A stretch of 63,296 nt of DNA, counting the filler, from Octopus bimaculoides (Eukaryota): the NCBI RefSeq assembly GCF_001194135.2. It is 6 parts of 4 records of this genome, joined end to end, with 100 filler letters (N's around TTAATTAATTAA, not from the genome) between each part and the next. Parts side by side here need not be neighbours in the genome. Positions count along the whole stretch, not along the records: positions 28,835 to 40,204 come from NC_068984.1; positions 40,305 to 49,266 come from NC_068984.1; positions 49,367 to 60,916 come from NC_068984.1; 3 more parts are not named here. The stretch is one strand, 5' to 3'. A program made the position numbers and the translations under genes. Shown in pieces: positions 36,331-51,137 of the stretch (the stretch's first letter is position 1; each line of letters starts with the position of its first letter). Below the pieces are notes generated by a model. That model made no database searches. It was not told the DNA's origin and saw only the letters and a list, made by a program, of their open reading frames with translations.

Positions 36331-38453
36331 GCATAAAATATTTGTGCCGGTCTTAAATCTTTTGTTTTTTAAACGTTGCAGCCATTACGACTCCTTAAAG
36401 ACACCAGGCGCTGCCAAAAATATAATTTCTAAACTAAGAAAAATTAAAATATTCCATTCGTTCAGAACCTGGAGAATACAATGCTGAGCAAGAAATTTCC
36501 AAGGTGGATCTATTTTTGAATCCCACTTGCTCTTCGAAAAGACACGAAGCTTACAATTTCTCATAAAATATTCAGGTTTCATGCAATAAGCAATATTCAG
36601 TGGAAGATTCTTGGATTCATTCACATGGAACGAGTTGATGAAGCACTACTTATATGACATTGATTTATTAACAATATGATTGCCAGCATGAGCTCATTAC
36701 TGGGCATTCATGTGCAACAAACCTCTAGTCGTACTAGAGTTTAGGACTAAATGTCTAGATTAAGGCGTTCCAGTTGATGTAATTTACTTGTATTTAACTG
36801 AAACTTTTGACCTTGTCGCATACAAAAGACTGCTGAAGAAACTATAGGTGTATGAAATAAAAGGGAAACGCCTGGAGTTAATTGAACACAACTTGACTGA
36901 TAGGCATCAAGTTGCCAACGTAAATAGTTCTTTCTCATGTTGGGCCCTTGCCGCCATATCACAAACGAATGTACTCAATCGAATACTAGTTATTACAGAA
37001 TGGCTGGCGCCCTAGACTATCTATGTTTTGGTGCCCTCTGTAACAAGAAAGGAAGAGGAGACGAAGTGAACTGATAAATCTGGGAGCTTGAGTGCCACTA
37101 GTTTATTTACTACGAACATATAGAAATAATCTTTCAAGATAATTTGTAATAATTATTAGAACGTTGGCAAGTTTTAGCCTCTCTTCAAAGATGTTGCTGA
37201 TATTTGTTTTAAGATTAACTATATGAAAGGTGCTATGTTATACTTCGCAAGACGAACTTTTCATCGTTTTCTGTAGAAACGATATAAATTCCTTAGTTTG
37301 CAAAGGCGTCGACAGTTTTCGGAAGGTCTTATGTGATTGTGCTCCTTATCCCTCCCGAGTGTAAGCGTCGTATTCAGTATTCGAAGCATTATCATACAAA
37401 GTTTCTGGTACTATATCAAGGACGGGCGATAGATTCTGAGATGGTTTCTGAAGAGAGCAATATCCTCAATATAATCTGATATTGTTATTACCTCTCGAAA
37501 GTATAGATTTCCGGGTGACCTGCTGATCAATGTTAAGAGAAACTAGGCAGCGAGTTAGCAGAATCATTAGCACGCCGAGCAAAATGCTTAGCGGCATTTT
37601 GTCCCTCTTTACGCTCTGAGTTGAAATTCCACGGAGGTCGGTTTTGCCTCTCATTCTTTCGGGGCCAACAAAAAAGTGTCAGTTGAGTTTTGAGGTTGAT
37701 GCAATCAACTTACTCCTCTCCTGAAATTGCTAGCCTTGAACCAAAACTCGAAGTCAATGTTAAGAGAAACTTCTGTGCCATTGTAGAATTAATGTTACTC
37801 ATTATTAAATAACTAATTATTTAAAATTAATTTACACACGCTGTATAAATGAATGTGAAAACAGCATTGTATATAAACGATATCGGTCGTAGCCGGCTGA
37901 TATCGATGACAGTTATTTACGTCTATTCAGGGTATTCAATTAATTTTTATATACACACGCAGTGCCATCTTAAAATCTATTGATTTAACCATGATCACCA
38001 TCGAGTCAAATTATTCGGGTCTGCCTGACTCAATCGAACCCACATCACAGTCATGCTTAGCATTTGAGAAAACAACAAGGCAGCATCCTGTGCTAGTTCA
38101 GAGATGATCAATATAACGTTTTGTTTGAGCGCTGACCCTTGTATTGTCAACTGTGTGGTAACTCAACAAATACCCGACGATAAGCTTAATGGCACTTACA
38201 CTTGCATGTTACGGGCCATTATGAATATCCAGTACAAATATTATCAGGCCAAGGACAATATGCTAGTCTTGCAATCACTGCTGTCATGAGAGAGAGATAC
38301 ACGTGTTTTTCAGGATATCGCAGGAGAGCTGAGCAATAACTCATTAGTGACACTATAATGGAATCCCGACATAGACATATCATGGTCTACAGCTGATATT
38401 GTTTGTATACAGTTATTCACAGTTTACGCTATTGTTTGTACACACACACACAC

Positions 38454-38600
38454 ACTAGCAGAGCTACCCGGCGTTGCCTGTGTTACATGCAATTGAAGAA
38501 TTAGACTTTTCTGTTATATTTTCTCTAATGAACTGGAATATCTATGATTCGAATTTCATCCAAATTGCAGATGAGGGTTCTTTCCCTCTTTACACACCCT
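38454..38600 (+). mobile_element. Possible Helitron/Helentron-associated (DINE/HINE-like) element end
   Basis: Starts ACTAGCAGAGCTACCCGGCGTTGCC next to a (CA)n tract, followed by an AATTTCATCCAAATTG core-like motif. Recognised by resemblance only. Confidence 0.4.
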
Positions 38601-39899
38601 AAAAAATTCTAATCATGACACATGTATCCCATACTATTGATCTTTATGCGCAGATTCCAAAATTCCAGTCTTATGGAACCTGTTAAAAGGATTTTGCTCC
38701 TGCAAAATGGAGGTCATGGAGCTCTAAAATGTGGGAGTTAAAGCCCCTATTGGGATGTGTGTCTGTTTTAATGTCAACCAGAAAAGTTGAAATGTTTAGA
38801 ATCTTTTTAACTTGGGTCTTATATCTATTGTTCGAATGTCTTTGAAATAGGAAATATATGTATGTTCACTAGGTTTGTAAAAGAGAGCAAAGCTACTGGA
38901 AACCAAAAGATGAATGATCCCAATAAGCAGTCAGCTACCCTACCCTAGTCGTTACCACTCTCCAATGCTGGATTCCTCACCATACAGGTGACAGGCACAG
39001 CCGTAAGATGCATTACGGATCTATAGCAATTGGAAGGGCGTGACCCAACTCAAATAAACATTAATAACTGTGTGACGTGAGTGCTAAATTGAAATGAAAG
39101 TGTCACCTCTGGAGTTTGCAAATGACCACTATACCGACAGGTAACTGGACAGAGTAAATTTACAATTTATAAATGTCTTTGAATAACCAGTCACTCATCT
39201 GGGAAGGCCTTGGAATCAATGTTACCATCTGGGAACTATGTGTGACCCAGTGATAACAAAAAAAACTCAATGGCGGTCTGCAACCAAATAACTTTACTCA
39301 ACACTTTGCAACTGAATCAGTGGAGGCAGAGATGCCTCTCATTTACTTGACAATTTATGCACCACACTGCAGAAATCACAATCTAAGTATATCTCAAAGC
39401 AAACTCTTACACTGTTGTACCATTGAATTACAAATAATGCTCATCTTTTATGCTCGAGTGACCCTACAGCTTCCAAGAGTACAACTGTATTCGTCTTTGC
39501 TTAGATAAAATGACTAAATTATGTCTGTTAAGTCCCTATGAAGGGGTCTTTGTAACTTCTAAGAAAATGATATTTTAGAAATATTACTTCCTTTGTGTCT
39601 AATATCTATGGTTAAAATTTTATCGACAACAAAAATATATGAGTTTTCATGGGGGTTATGGTCCTTATGCAAAGAATATAATTTCCACACTTCATAAAGA
39701 TCCATTCAATACTTTTGACCTAGATTTGGATCATAAGAAATGACTAAAATTTGGGAGTTAAGGCCCCCATTAGGGGGGTCTTTGGCTGGTGTGAGGCTAT
39801 AGAAGACACATGCCAAGTCACTACACAGTGGGACTGAACCCAGGACCATGTGTTTTGGAACCAACTTTCTTATCACACTGCCATACCTGCACCTATGTA

Positions 39900-39933
<34 letters not shown>

Positions 39934-40204
39934 AATGGGTATATATATGTATGCATGTGTATATGTGTATATATATGTGTACATATTACATGTTCATCTA
40001 TATATATAAATCTACACATATACATGTATACATATACATCTATATCTATATATATACATCTATACATATACATCTATATATATACATGTATATATATATA
40101 CATATATATATATACACCTATATATATATACATGTATATATATATACATCTATATATATACATTTGTGCAGATGTATACACACATATATATATGTGTATA
40201 TATA

Positions 40205-40304
40205 NNNNNNNNNNNNNNNNNNNNNNNNNNNNNNNNNNNNNNNNNNNNTTAATTAATTAANNNNNNNNNNNNNNNNNNNNNNNNNNNNNNNNNNNNNNNN
40301 NNNN
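40205..40304. other. Scaffold-join gap with TTAATTAATTAA linker
   Basis: 44 N + linker + 44 N. Confidence 0.95.
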
Positions 40305-40341
<37 letters not shown>

Positions 40342-41344
40342 TATATATATGTATATATATACACGCACACACACACACAAAATTAATATGAAAAGCAGGT
40401 TGCAATGTTCCACGAAAAAGGAGAATTATAATTGCCACTAAATGTGACTAGGGTGTTAAAGGCACTTACATTGCTAGAAATAATAACTAAAATGCTCTAA
40501 CGCTGTAGTTAACGCACATGAATGAAAACATATACACTAACGGGGACCATAATTGTCCGAAAAATGTCGACTGACGTCAGTTTCGGCAATATCCGTTGCC
40601 ACATCTCTATTAGTATATATGTTTTCGTCATCCAAGTTAACGGATGATTTAGCGATTTGCTAATGTATATAAACTGTAGTCTATTCATGAACACTTCATT
40701 CCGAGTTTACTGCATATTTTTGCACGTACGTTTACGGAACTCGATTATAAGCATGTATTTTTTAAAATAATATCGATGAAATATGTATATATTTCTTTTG
40801 CTCGCTTACATACCCTTCTACTTCAACTACAATGCTATTTTTTGTTTAAGCTATAAAACACATTCTTAAACACTGATACTTGATTTTTCTCTCTCAGAAC
40901 CGTATTAACTTTGTAACATCTGTTCTATTAAATCTCTCTTTCCTTAAAGAATGATTTACAAAAAATCCAGAGAGAGCATAAATAACGATTACATCATTTT
41001 TTTTCTTTATCATATACAATAATACAGCATGGTCTGAAAGAAAAAAAACAGCTTTGGGCATCGACTTTCTCTTTATTGATTCTACAATAAAAAGAAACTA
41101 TAAATTTATGCGTTTTCCTTATCTCTATTTTCCAAGAATTTTTCCGATAACTGCATGATTACGCAATTTCCTATTTGTAAATATAAAATTATTGCACACG
41201 ATAAGGCACAGAGTACAATTGTTCTGGTTTGTAATAAAACAGCTAAGTTAACTTGTCTTAGGATATTTATTATATTGGCGAAAATTATCTGAAGTTTCCT
41301 TGCTGTAATTATACGATCGCTACACTTCATACACTAGCCAGTTG

Positions 41345-41405
<61 letters not shown>

Positions 41406-43616
41406 AAAATAAATATATGTTAATATAACAAGGCAGAAGATTTACCTTTGTTTCCGTAACTTACGATGACAATCATATTGTCATATTGGTTCTGCTGTTG
41501 ATACAAAATAGTGTTTTTTAAGTAACAATACAGTAACATCAAAGTGTCAATAAAACCTTGTGTTATATTTAACGTGAATATAATTTGAAATCAAGAAGAT
41601 ATTAATGTAGAACAATGTTTATAATAGCGTTATAAACGGCTGATAATACCCAATAAATTATATTATAAAATCATGACAGCGGAAAATATTTCCTAGGGAT
41701 GGATTCTGCGTGAAAAACATAGTTAACTGCAATATTTTTTTAATCAGTATTTAAAGTGATGATGTTTACCAATGTAGAAAATTTATGGACCTAGCTGACA
41801 GAACCGTATAGAAGTTCGGATTTACAAAGTTTCGGATTTAATCCCAATACGTGATATTTTGGACAAGTATTATATACGGTAACGTCGATTAGGCCCGAGC
41901 CTTGTAAGTGAATTTCGGGAGATGGAAACTGTTTACAAGCTTGTCAGTTGGATTGTACCCGTAATTCACGGATCTAACCTTATTACATATCTTATACTGA
42001 TTCAGATTACGGCCTACTCAGCTACTTTGAAGCTAATTCAATGAGCCAGTAAACCTGCTGATCAAACAGCTGAAACTCATTGAGATTGTTGGAGGTCCAT
42101 TTCCAAAAATCAAACACAATAGAATTTTTTCGGTCGACATTCACATAGTCTTTGTTTAAAATTTATTTATCAGTCATAGTTTTACGTGTATTCATCAGTC
42201 ATAGTTCAATGTTTCTTCATCAATTATAGTTTAACGTGCATTGATCTGTCATAGTTTTTTTATTCATCGTAGTTTAACATTTAGTCACACATATATAGAA
42301 TATGTCTCAATCTCAAGTATATAATACTTGCAATTCCTCGCTCAGTAAAAACATTACGCACCATATTCAGCGGGTGTTTTCTGCCATAGATTCGCCATAG
42401 CTTCCAGTTCCACAAAATGTTGTGAGTAAAATTTGGTAGATAGAAAACTTTGAGGAAACTTTTAGTGGAAAGGAATGTTCTGAAACTTGGGTGTAGAGTT
42501 AATCAGTAACCAGGTTTAGCAACACCACTTGACCCTAAGCGAAGTATGCTTGGTTGCAAATATTGGAGTTAGATCTGTAGCCAAAAGAAAATTTACTCAC
42601 TCTCTTCCACAAGTCTCGAAGAACCTGTAAAAGTATAAGGCACTACTCTCCTTCGTGTGATGAGGTCATTAACAACAAAATAAAATGGTAAAATGAACTA
42701 AGGTTCAAGACTACTCATCGAAAGCAAAACTCGACCAAGCTTTTTTCACTTTCTAGAGCTCTTATTCCTTTGCCTGTCCTGTGTATCACAAGATGCACAG
42801 GATGTCTATGGATCATGTATTGCCCTGATGTCTTTGCATCATGTATGGTACACACGCCCAATTTTTTTTCAACAACAAGAGTAACTTGAGACTTATTATA
42901 AGAAAGCTTTGTATTTCTCACAACGTATGAAACAAGGGTTAAATTAAAGTCCGAAAACAAGCATGAAAATGCTTTGGACTGGCAAAAAGTTAAGCAATAA
43001 CCAGTATTACTACTAATGTCAACTGAATAGGCAGAGCTCACCCCCTACAAAATGGATAATTACGAGTGCCGTGTCGCATATTATTAGTCAAAAGTCACGC
43101 TATAGTAGGCAGTAGCTGGCTGTCCTTAAGTAGAGTTGATCAGCTAATATGCAACGTTACCACAATTTTCATTACAATGACGTAACTGTTACGTCATTCT
43201 TTTTAAAACTGAACCCGCTTCTTTTAATTGTTCGTTGTCGTAATCAACCCTCATTAGTTCTTATTATTGGTCAACATCATCAGCGGTGTAAGAGTTTATT
43301 TATTTATGGATGATACTTCAAAGTGTAAGGCAGAAAGAAATCGACATCAACAATATTTGCTACGCCTTCGATATGATTTCAATTCCCTTTCGTTATTGTA
43401 ATTGATAGTTACAGGTTTCCATGGGACTAATCACATGTTCACAGCCTTTGTGACAGCAATAAAGATAAATAAAGAAGATTCTAACACCACCATCTTTTCG
43501 CCGATCATTTTGTACAACCTTCTCTGTACACGTAAGATATTAGAGGACAGATTTATGTTTATAAAAAAAGAACATATATATAATAACAGACACTAACTAT
43601 ATTGATCAAAAAGTAC

Positions 43617-44815
43617 TATGAGGGTAAAAATAAGCCTTCTTTTCTATAATGTTATTCAATAAAGCTTCTTTCAGCTTCAGCAACTGCTTCTATATGAGAT
43701 CTAAATCATCTATATGTTCGAATCAAGTGGTCCTCCTGGTTCGTTTTGGACATTACTCTCACTATGGCAGCTTTCACAGAATCTTTGGTGTTATGGGCAT
43801 GTTCATTGACCTCTCTCTCAACAACGCTCCGCATATAATAGCCCAATGGATTGAGATCTGGGGAATTAGGAGGCTAAATGTTAGGGGTTGTGTAATCATG
43901 AACATTTTCAGCCATCCATTCCTGTGTTACTAGAGCCATGTGTGATAGTGCTGAGTCTTACTGAAACACATATGCCCTTCCATTGCATACACTGTCTATC
44001 CACTGCTTAACAATTATTTCCAGGACCCCAATGTAGGTGACAGAGTTAACTCTAATGCCTTGTAGAAAGGAATAAGGAGGTATCACATGTCCTTCATTGT
44101 TGACGACGCCTAAAAGCATGCCAGGTGCAGGAAACTTTGTATGCATTACACTTGGAACTTCAGAAGGGTCTGCACATAACCATCTGTCATTTCTTCTGTA
44201 AACCTTTTGATCTTGGTCGAAGTGTTACTCGTTTGGATTGTTCAGTTTGTTTAAGAGCCTTTTAGATCTGATGTAGTGATTTTCTTTTGCTTTTTTTGAC
44301 AAATTGACCTTTCCTCATCATATAAGACTTATATCTGATGTCTTCATGGACAACATTTCTGACTATTCCTTNNNNNNNNNNTCATCATATAAGACTTATA
44401 TCTGATGTCTTCATGGACAACATTTCTGACTATTCCTTCTGACACATGGAGATCTTTGGCAATTGGCCTCATAGACTTTCTGGGATTGTAATCAATGGTC
44501 TGTTGAACTTGCGGGATAAATTCAGGTGTTCTGTGATTTCAGAGCGTTTAGAATGCTCTTTATGCTTTGATACCGGTGATACGTTTCCATCTTCAGTCTC
44601 TAGCTCCTTACAAACTTTATAGACGAAAGATCTGGCAACTTTCAAAAATCGAGACGTTTCTAAATCGCTATGCTCAGCCTTTATAACCACAATAACAGCA
44701 TGAGCATTACCTCTTCATTTCTTGAGTAAGCTGAGGGTCTTCCATTGTTATTTTCTGAAACAAAGATTATACAGAGTTAGCAAGAAATGCAGCAATGACC
44801 CAGAAAAGGTATATC
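43617..44815 (-). mobile_element. Degenerate Tc1/mariner superfamily element (maT/DD37D-like)
   Basis: Minus strand gives HTKFPAPGMLLGVVNNEGHVIPPY.F.QGIRVN...YIGVLEIIVKQWIDSVCNGRAYVFQ and PPNSPDLNPLGYY..SVVEREVNEHAHNTKDSVKAAI; N-terminal HSDLETSRFLKVARSFVYKV. Confidence 0.82.
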
Positions 44816-47800
44816 CCCCAATACCTTACACACCCTATATACATATATTTGAAAAAGGGAATTGAAAGTTTATATAACTTTATATATAAATTTATAGGCA
44901 CACATATATATGTGGAACACACACAGACACACACACACACACATATATGTATACATACATACATACATACATACATACATACATGTGTGTGAGTGTATGT
45001 GTGCGTGCATGTGAATGTGTATGGAACACAGTAAGATTGAATTCGGAACGTAGTGGTTGCGAAGCAAACCTTTTAACCAGTCATCTATGTGTTGCATGAG
45101 TGACATTGTTAATTCTCTCAAGAAATATACGTATGATTATTTATTTCAGCTTGCCTTGAAAATGGAGGACATCGCCTCATGAAAGCGAAATTATGTTAAA
45201 TATGCCAGAGCAATATAATAGGCAATTTTTCCGATATGAAGTCAAGTAGAACTGTTTATAGTTGATATTTGTAGTCTTGCATCGAAAATGCCAAAAGATT
45301 ATCCTTTATTACTGCGTTTAAACCTACTCTTTTCGTGTAATGCAAACTAAAGTTGCTATAAGAGGCATTTATAATTTGTCATTCTGTACACGAAAATTCC
45401 ATGTAAGTTAATAATAAATTACACAAAATAATTTCTCTTTTTTCGGCAAATTTAACCAACTTTATTATGAAATACTTAAAGCCTATTTGAATGCATTACT
45501 TTCTTTTGTTCCTTATCAACAAGCTATTTGTAAAGGGTTGTGGGCAGGATAGAACTAAAACTTTGTTGTGTGATCGAATAATTATGCAATAACAAAACAT
45601 TCGGATAAACTGAACCTCGGGCTATACGGAGGTTAAAAAGAAAATATAGAGTAGTAGCCTCTGAAAATGGTTCATTAGTATTTATAGTATCTTTCACTTG
45701 GCTTAGCTTCGTGAGCGAAGATTTACGGGGAGGGATGACAACCAACGTCTGTTACAGGCTTGGTAATGCTCTACGAGTCCAATTCGAGACAAGCATGAAC
45801 AACTGTGGAGAGTGCATGAGAAGGTGAACTAGTCAGCGCTGGTCGTATTGTCATTGTTTTACCTCTTTTTCGTCTTGTTTGTAAGGAGACTATTGCTAGT
45901 GATTTCAAAGGAGGCCACTGCCCAAAGGCTTCACAGACAACGGGAAGAACAAACCACTGACGGCGATCAGTGCATCAGATACCGAAGGATTTCTCTAGGG
46001 AGCCTTTGTACCTCTTCTTTGATGCTCCTCTATCAAGGACGAAGGGAGAGTCCACTATACAGCATGGTCTCGGGTAGTTGATTCTCCATATTGGTGGTGT
46101 CTCTTCATCAGAGATGATTTGGTGCTGATGACTTTCGCCTGCTCAACGACCTGGAGGAGTTTACCTGCGAATAAACCGTTTTCATATAGACATACTTAAC
46201 AGTTTCTTGAATATACCTTCACGTCATATTTTATATTATATGGTAGGGTTATTAAAGGTTTATTTCATATCAAATCTGTAATGGTTTTCCTCATAGAATT
46301 AGTTTTATTAAACTAATAGTAAGATATTCATTGAAATGCATCTTGTACAATTTATTCCTGAGATTGATTCCCAGTATGTTTATATATCTTTTTTCCTCTA
46401 TTACTGGATAAAGGTTTTTGAACTTATGTTGTGTGACTCCATATAATGCGTTATAAGACATATGTAAGAGGTCAGTAATAAAATATATGAAACACTTGCT
46501 TCTTAAAACGGGCTGATTACGTATCCTGGAGCATTTTTTTTTTTTTTTTGCGTATTAAGGATTCATTTTAAAATCAGGTAAACTATGTAGAACGATATAT
46601 TTTCTTTGTTTAAGACAGTAATCAGTTCCAAGGTAGTTTGCACGCTTTGAAGGGAGGAAATAGCCGCCAGAAAAGATAGAGCATTTTTAACATTCGTGGC
46701 TATTCCAAGGGCACTAAATCAAGTTTTATAACCGGGAAATAAAGTTATAAATCAAAAGTCAAAGCTGGATCATGGACTTTAACTAATTTATCAAAACTCT
46801 ATTCTGTGAAGCTGAACGAATTGTCAGTTGAGAAATCAATCTGCCCAACGACTTTTACATCTATTTACATCCTGAAAACTATGAATACAATCTTGCTCCA
46901 TAACTTGTGGGCATAATTGAAAGAAAGACATTCTAAGCTCTTCTATTTCTGAGATAAGCTCTGGTAAATTATCGATTTTATGAGAGAATCAACTGGCACC
47001 GCTTCTTGGTCATATATTTTAGAAATAAATCACTGCATATAAACTTTATTAGCAATATATGTCCTACTGACAAGGTTGTATGCATCAAATATAAATGCTG
47101 CATGGTCGAATAGTTAAGAAGTTCGTTTCGTAGCTTCATGTTTCCAAGTTAAGTTAAATGACAGTTCGTTACAACTTCGGCTAGAGATTTTGCTATACCT
47201 TTGACTTAATCTAAACCTTATGAGTGAAAGAGGATTTTAAGGAAATTGTTTGGAATACCGTAAGATGAAATTTACCCGTAATTGTCAATCTAACCAATTT
47301 TTAATGTCACGATGATGACAGAAATGTCCTTTATACAATTAGCTGTTAATAAAAACACATTTCTGCGGGCCTTGACATCATACATGCCTCATATTTGTGG
47401 AATGTGCAGATATACCCACGCTCAGCTTAATTTAGTGTGACTGTCATTACAAACCAGGTGAGACACATTTTCTTGAACATTTAACTATTTCTTATGAAAA
47501 TTGGTATTTCGAATGCACCCTTATCGTTTTAATTGTGAGGGCACATGGATCGAGGTTACACAAATTGTTCCTGAGAATTACTTTAAAATCAAATGTACGA
47601 CTGTGGAATACTTCTCTACATATAAATAAATTCAATTAACAGGTAATTCAGTTGATCGAACAACTAAATACTCATCATTGAAACTGTTAAAGATCAAATT
47701 ATTTTGTGGCCCAAATAAGGGGCCAGTTCATTTTGTCAAGCACAACAATTAATGTATTGGCTAAGTGCTTAATTTGTCGTCGTTGGAAAGATGGAAAAAA

Positions 47801-48528
47801 AGTAGACCAGGACATTAAACAAGGGTTAGAATGTAAAGGATGATAATTGATTATCACAAGTTCTGACACTCTACCGGTTCTGTCGCGTTTAGGAGAAAAA
47901 CAGAACACATTACTGCATTTTGGAAATACTATGAAAATGTGTGCGTGTGTGTGTGGGCGTGTGTGTGTGTGCATAAATATGTATATATACATGTATGTAT
48001 GCATGCACCACACACACACGCACACATATGTATATATATATATATANNNNNNNNNNNNNNNNNNNNNNNNNNNNNNNNNNNNNNNNNNNNNNNNNNNNNN
48101 NNNNNNNNNNNNNNNNNNNNNNNNNNNNNNNNNNNNNNNNNNNNNNNNNNNNNNNNNNNNNNNNNNNNNNNNNNNNNNNNNNNNNNNNNNNNNNNNNNNN
48201 NNNNNNNNNNNNNNNNNNNNNNNNNNNNNNNNNNNNNNNNNNNNNNNNNNNNNNNNNNNNNNNNNNNNNNNNNNNNNNNNNNNNNNNNNNNNNNNNNNNN
48301 NNNNNNNNNNNNNNNNNNNNNNNNNNNNNNNNNNNNNNNNNNNNNNNNNNNNNNNNNNNNNNNNNNNNNNNNNNNNNNNNNNNNNNNNNNNNNNNNNNNN
48401 NNNNNNNNNNNNNNNNNNNNNNNNNNNNNNNNNNNNNNNNNNNNNNNNNNNNNNNNNNNNNNNNNNNNNNNNNNNNNNNNNNNNNNNNNNNNNNNNNNNN
48501 NNNNNNNNNNNNNNNNNNNNNNNNNNNN

Positions 48529-48559
<31 letters not shown>

Positions 48560-48582
48560 CGCGTGTGTGTGTATAGATATAT

Positions 48583-48645
<63 letters not shown>

Positions 48646-49266
48646 TAGACAGACAGATAGACAGACAGATAGATAGAAAGAGAGAGAGATGGATAAATAG
48701 ATAGATAGATATGTTTCTTTATTAGCCACACAGGGCTCAACATAGAGGGGACAAAATACAAATGTAGAGTTTTTCATTTCGATGGGGACGAAAATAAAGT
48801 ACAAAAATAAAATGGGGATAACTATGAAAAGGCATCGAGAAAACGTCTGGGGTATGTACAAAAAAAAAAATGAAAATATTACAAAAATTTCACAATAAAT
48901 GGGGAGGTTATCCGTGGAAAGAAAACCCTACGGAAAAGACCACGGTAACTTCGGTCCTTAGTGTCACAATTTGTTAAATAAAATTTCTTTTATTTATGCA
49001 AGAAACGTAAGTAACTCTCTGTTTACAAAATTTTAAACGTTTTATAGAATCATGGTCAAGGTGGCTTCATTTATACGTGCCATTCTTGCTACATGTATCC
49101 ATCTTTTTTCGAAACATTTGCTAGACAACACTTGCTCTCTACTCTCACCTTCCCTTTCAAGTGATACTTGAAAAAGTTGATGAGAATCCTTTCAGACGCG
49201 TCCACCAGATGCATTATTTCGCCATAGCCACAAGTACGATAAATACAGCTCTTCCTTCCCGTTTAA

Positions 49267-49366
49267 NNNNNNNNNNNNNNNNNNNNNNNNNNNNNNNNNN
49301 NNNNNNNNNNTTAATTAATTAANNNNNNNNNNNNNNNNNNNNNNNNNNNNNNNNNNNNNNNNNNNN
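49267..49366. other. Scaffold-join gap with TTAATTAATTAA linker
   Basis: 44 N + linker + 44 N. Confidence 0.95.
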
Positions 49367-49408
<42 letters not shown>

Positions 49409-51117
49409 GTAAAATTTAAAAAGACGTGTTTGATATTTAACTCGTGCGCACGTTTTAGACAGCAACTCATCTAAGTTAATCGGGTTTTACGAGAAGATGA
49501 TACTTGCCAAATAATATAAATATTACTTATTATCCAGCTTAAATGGGCCGAGTGCTAATTTTGATATTATTAATCTGCTCGGCTCTATAGGTGTTTTCTT
49601 TCTTTTTTTTCATCTTTTTTGTTTTGTTTTTAATTTTCTTTTTCTATTCCCCTTCTCTCGTCGCATTGACTTTCAAGCAAAAGACCATATTAACTGGACA
49701 ATTATAAAAAAAAAATTTAGCAGGTTGTGTTATTAAACTCGTGGTTAAGGGCGTTGAATCTGCTTCATTGATCGTCTAACACATGCTGCAATCTAAACAT
49801 TGATTGTTAAGTTCGTTCGATAGCAGATTCATTGACTAATAGTTACGGTTTTTTTTAAATCTCTATAAGGATGCTGTTTTAATGCATATATGCCTCCGAC
49901 ATTGTGATACTGTGTTTTTGAATAAAGTTTAACAAGAATTAACAAGGATTAAGAACAGTTCACTCCTAAAAGTTTTAATTCTAGTTTTAAGTAAAATCCA
50001 CAGCTACAAATAAGTAACTTCTAAATGTTGGCATTTAGACATTTTGACAGTTTGGTATTTTTGTTTTTGTTTATAAACCTTTGCCTTTACATGAGGTAAA
50101 CGCTTAAACATTGCTCACGTTCTCACTAATCAAAAAATTAACATTGGCTTCAAATTTTGGAATAAGGCTGTAGTGGCGCGAAATTATAGCCGCCATTGAG
50201 GAATCATCGAAGCACTCTTCACCACGATGCTATCGATATGATAGCTATTTGCTCCTCTGGCATGCATCAAGGAAGCTCTTAATCTTCCAATACCGATTAC
50301 AAATTAATCAGCGGCTGCTAAGCTGAGTGACACAGGATTTATATAACCAAGCATCATCAAAAAAGTAAAACCTTATTTTTATTGTGTTGTTGAATTGTTC
50401 TACTGTTCCTTCATATATAATGCTGTTGAAAGGTGATAGAGAGAGACTAATGTCTCTATTACTACTATCAACTTTTACAAGGCCAGCAATTTCGGGAGAA
50501 GGATAAGTCGATTACATCGACCCCAGTGTTCAACTGATATTTATTTTATCGAGCACGAGAGGATGAAAGGTAACGTCAACCTCGGCGGAATTTGAACTTA
50601 CAACGAAAAGATGGACGAAATGCCACTAAGCATTTTGCCCGGCATACTAATGATACTGCCCTCAATCCGACTCTCTAACAGTTTTTAATGAATTAGACAT
50701 TGGATTGTCTACTCCAGTAGACATCTCTGGCATGCCAACCACTAATTTGGCTTTGAAGGAAACTTTGGCAGGATCACTATAACATATTCATTTTCTAGGT
50801 GAAAACTCCTCAACGTTCAACAGAGCAAAACAACACGAAGAAAATCATTAAACAGGAACAATAATGGTGTTATTCATTGTGGTGTGCAGCAACTTTACAG
50901 ATAATAGTTTCTCAATGTTGTGTATGCGACATAGTATATAATACCTTGAAATAAAAACGATAATCTTATAATTGGAGGACGGTTGAAAGAACAACGTACA
51001 TACACACAACGCTCCTCATCCAAAGCTCAAATACAAAAACGGAAGATTAACTTTCGCTTTTTCGTTTTATAATACGTGGAGCGGAAGTCCCTCACTTCAC
51101 GTCATCCGGAAATTCAT

Positions 51118-51137
51118 AGAATGTTCCAGAACATTCT
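51118..51137. promoter_or_regulatory. Perfect four-unit heat-shock-element-like site (aGAAt gTTCc aGAAc aTTCt)
   Basis: Four alternating nGAAn pentamers; ETS-like CGGAAGT and CCGGAAA and a CRE-like CACGTCA lie within 40 bp upstream. Function unproven. Confidence 0.4.

Noticed and set aside
42715-43041. 108-aa minus-strand ORF and a possible plus-strand exon near 42756-42846
   Set aside because: No recognisable homology, and the splice sites and frame are ambiguous.
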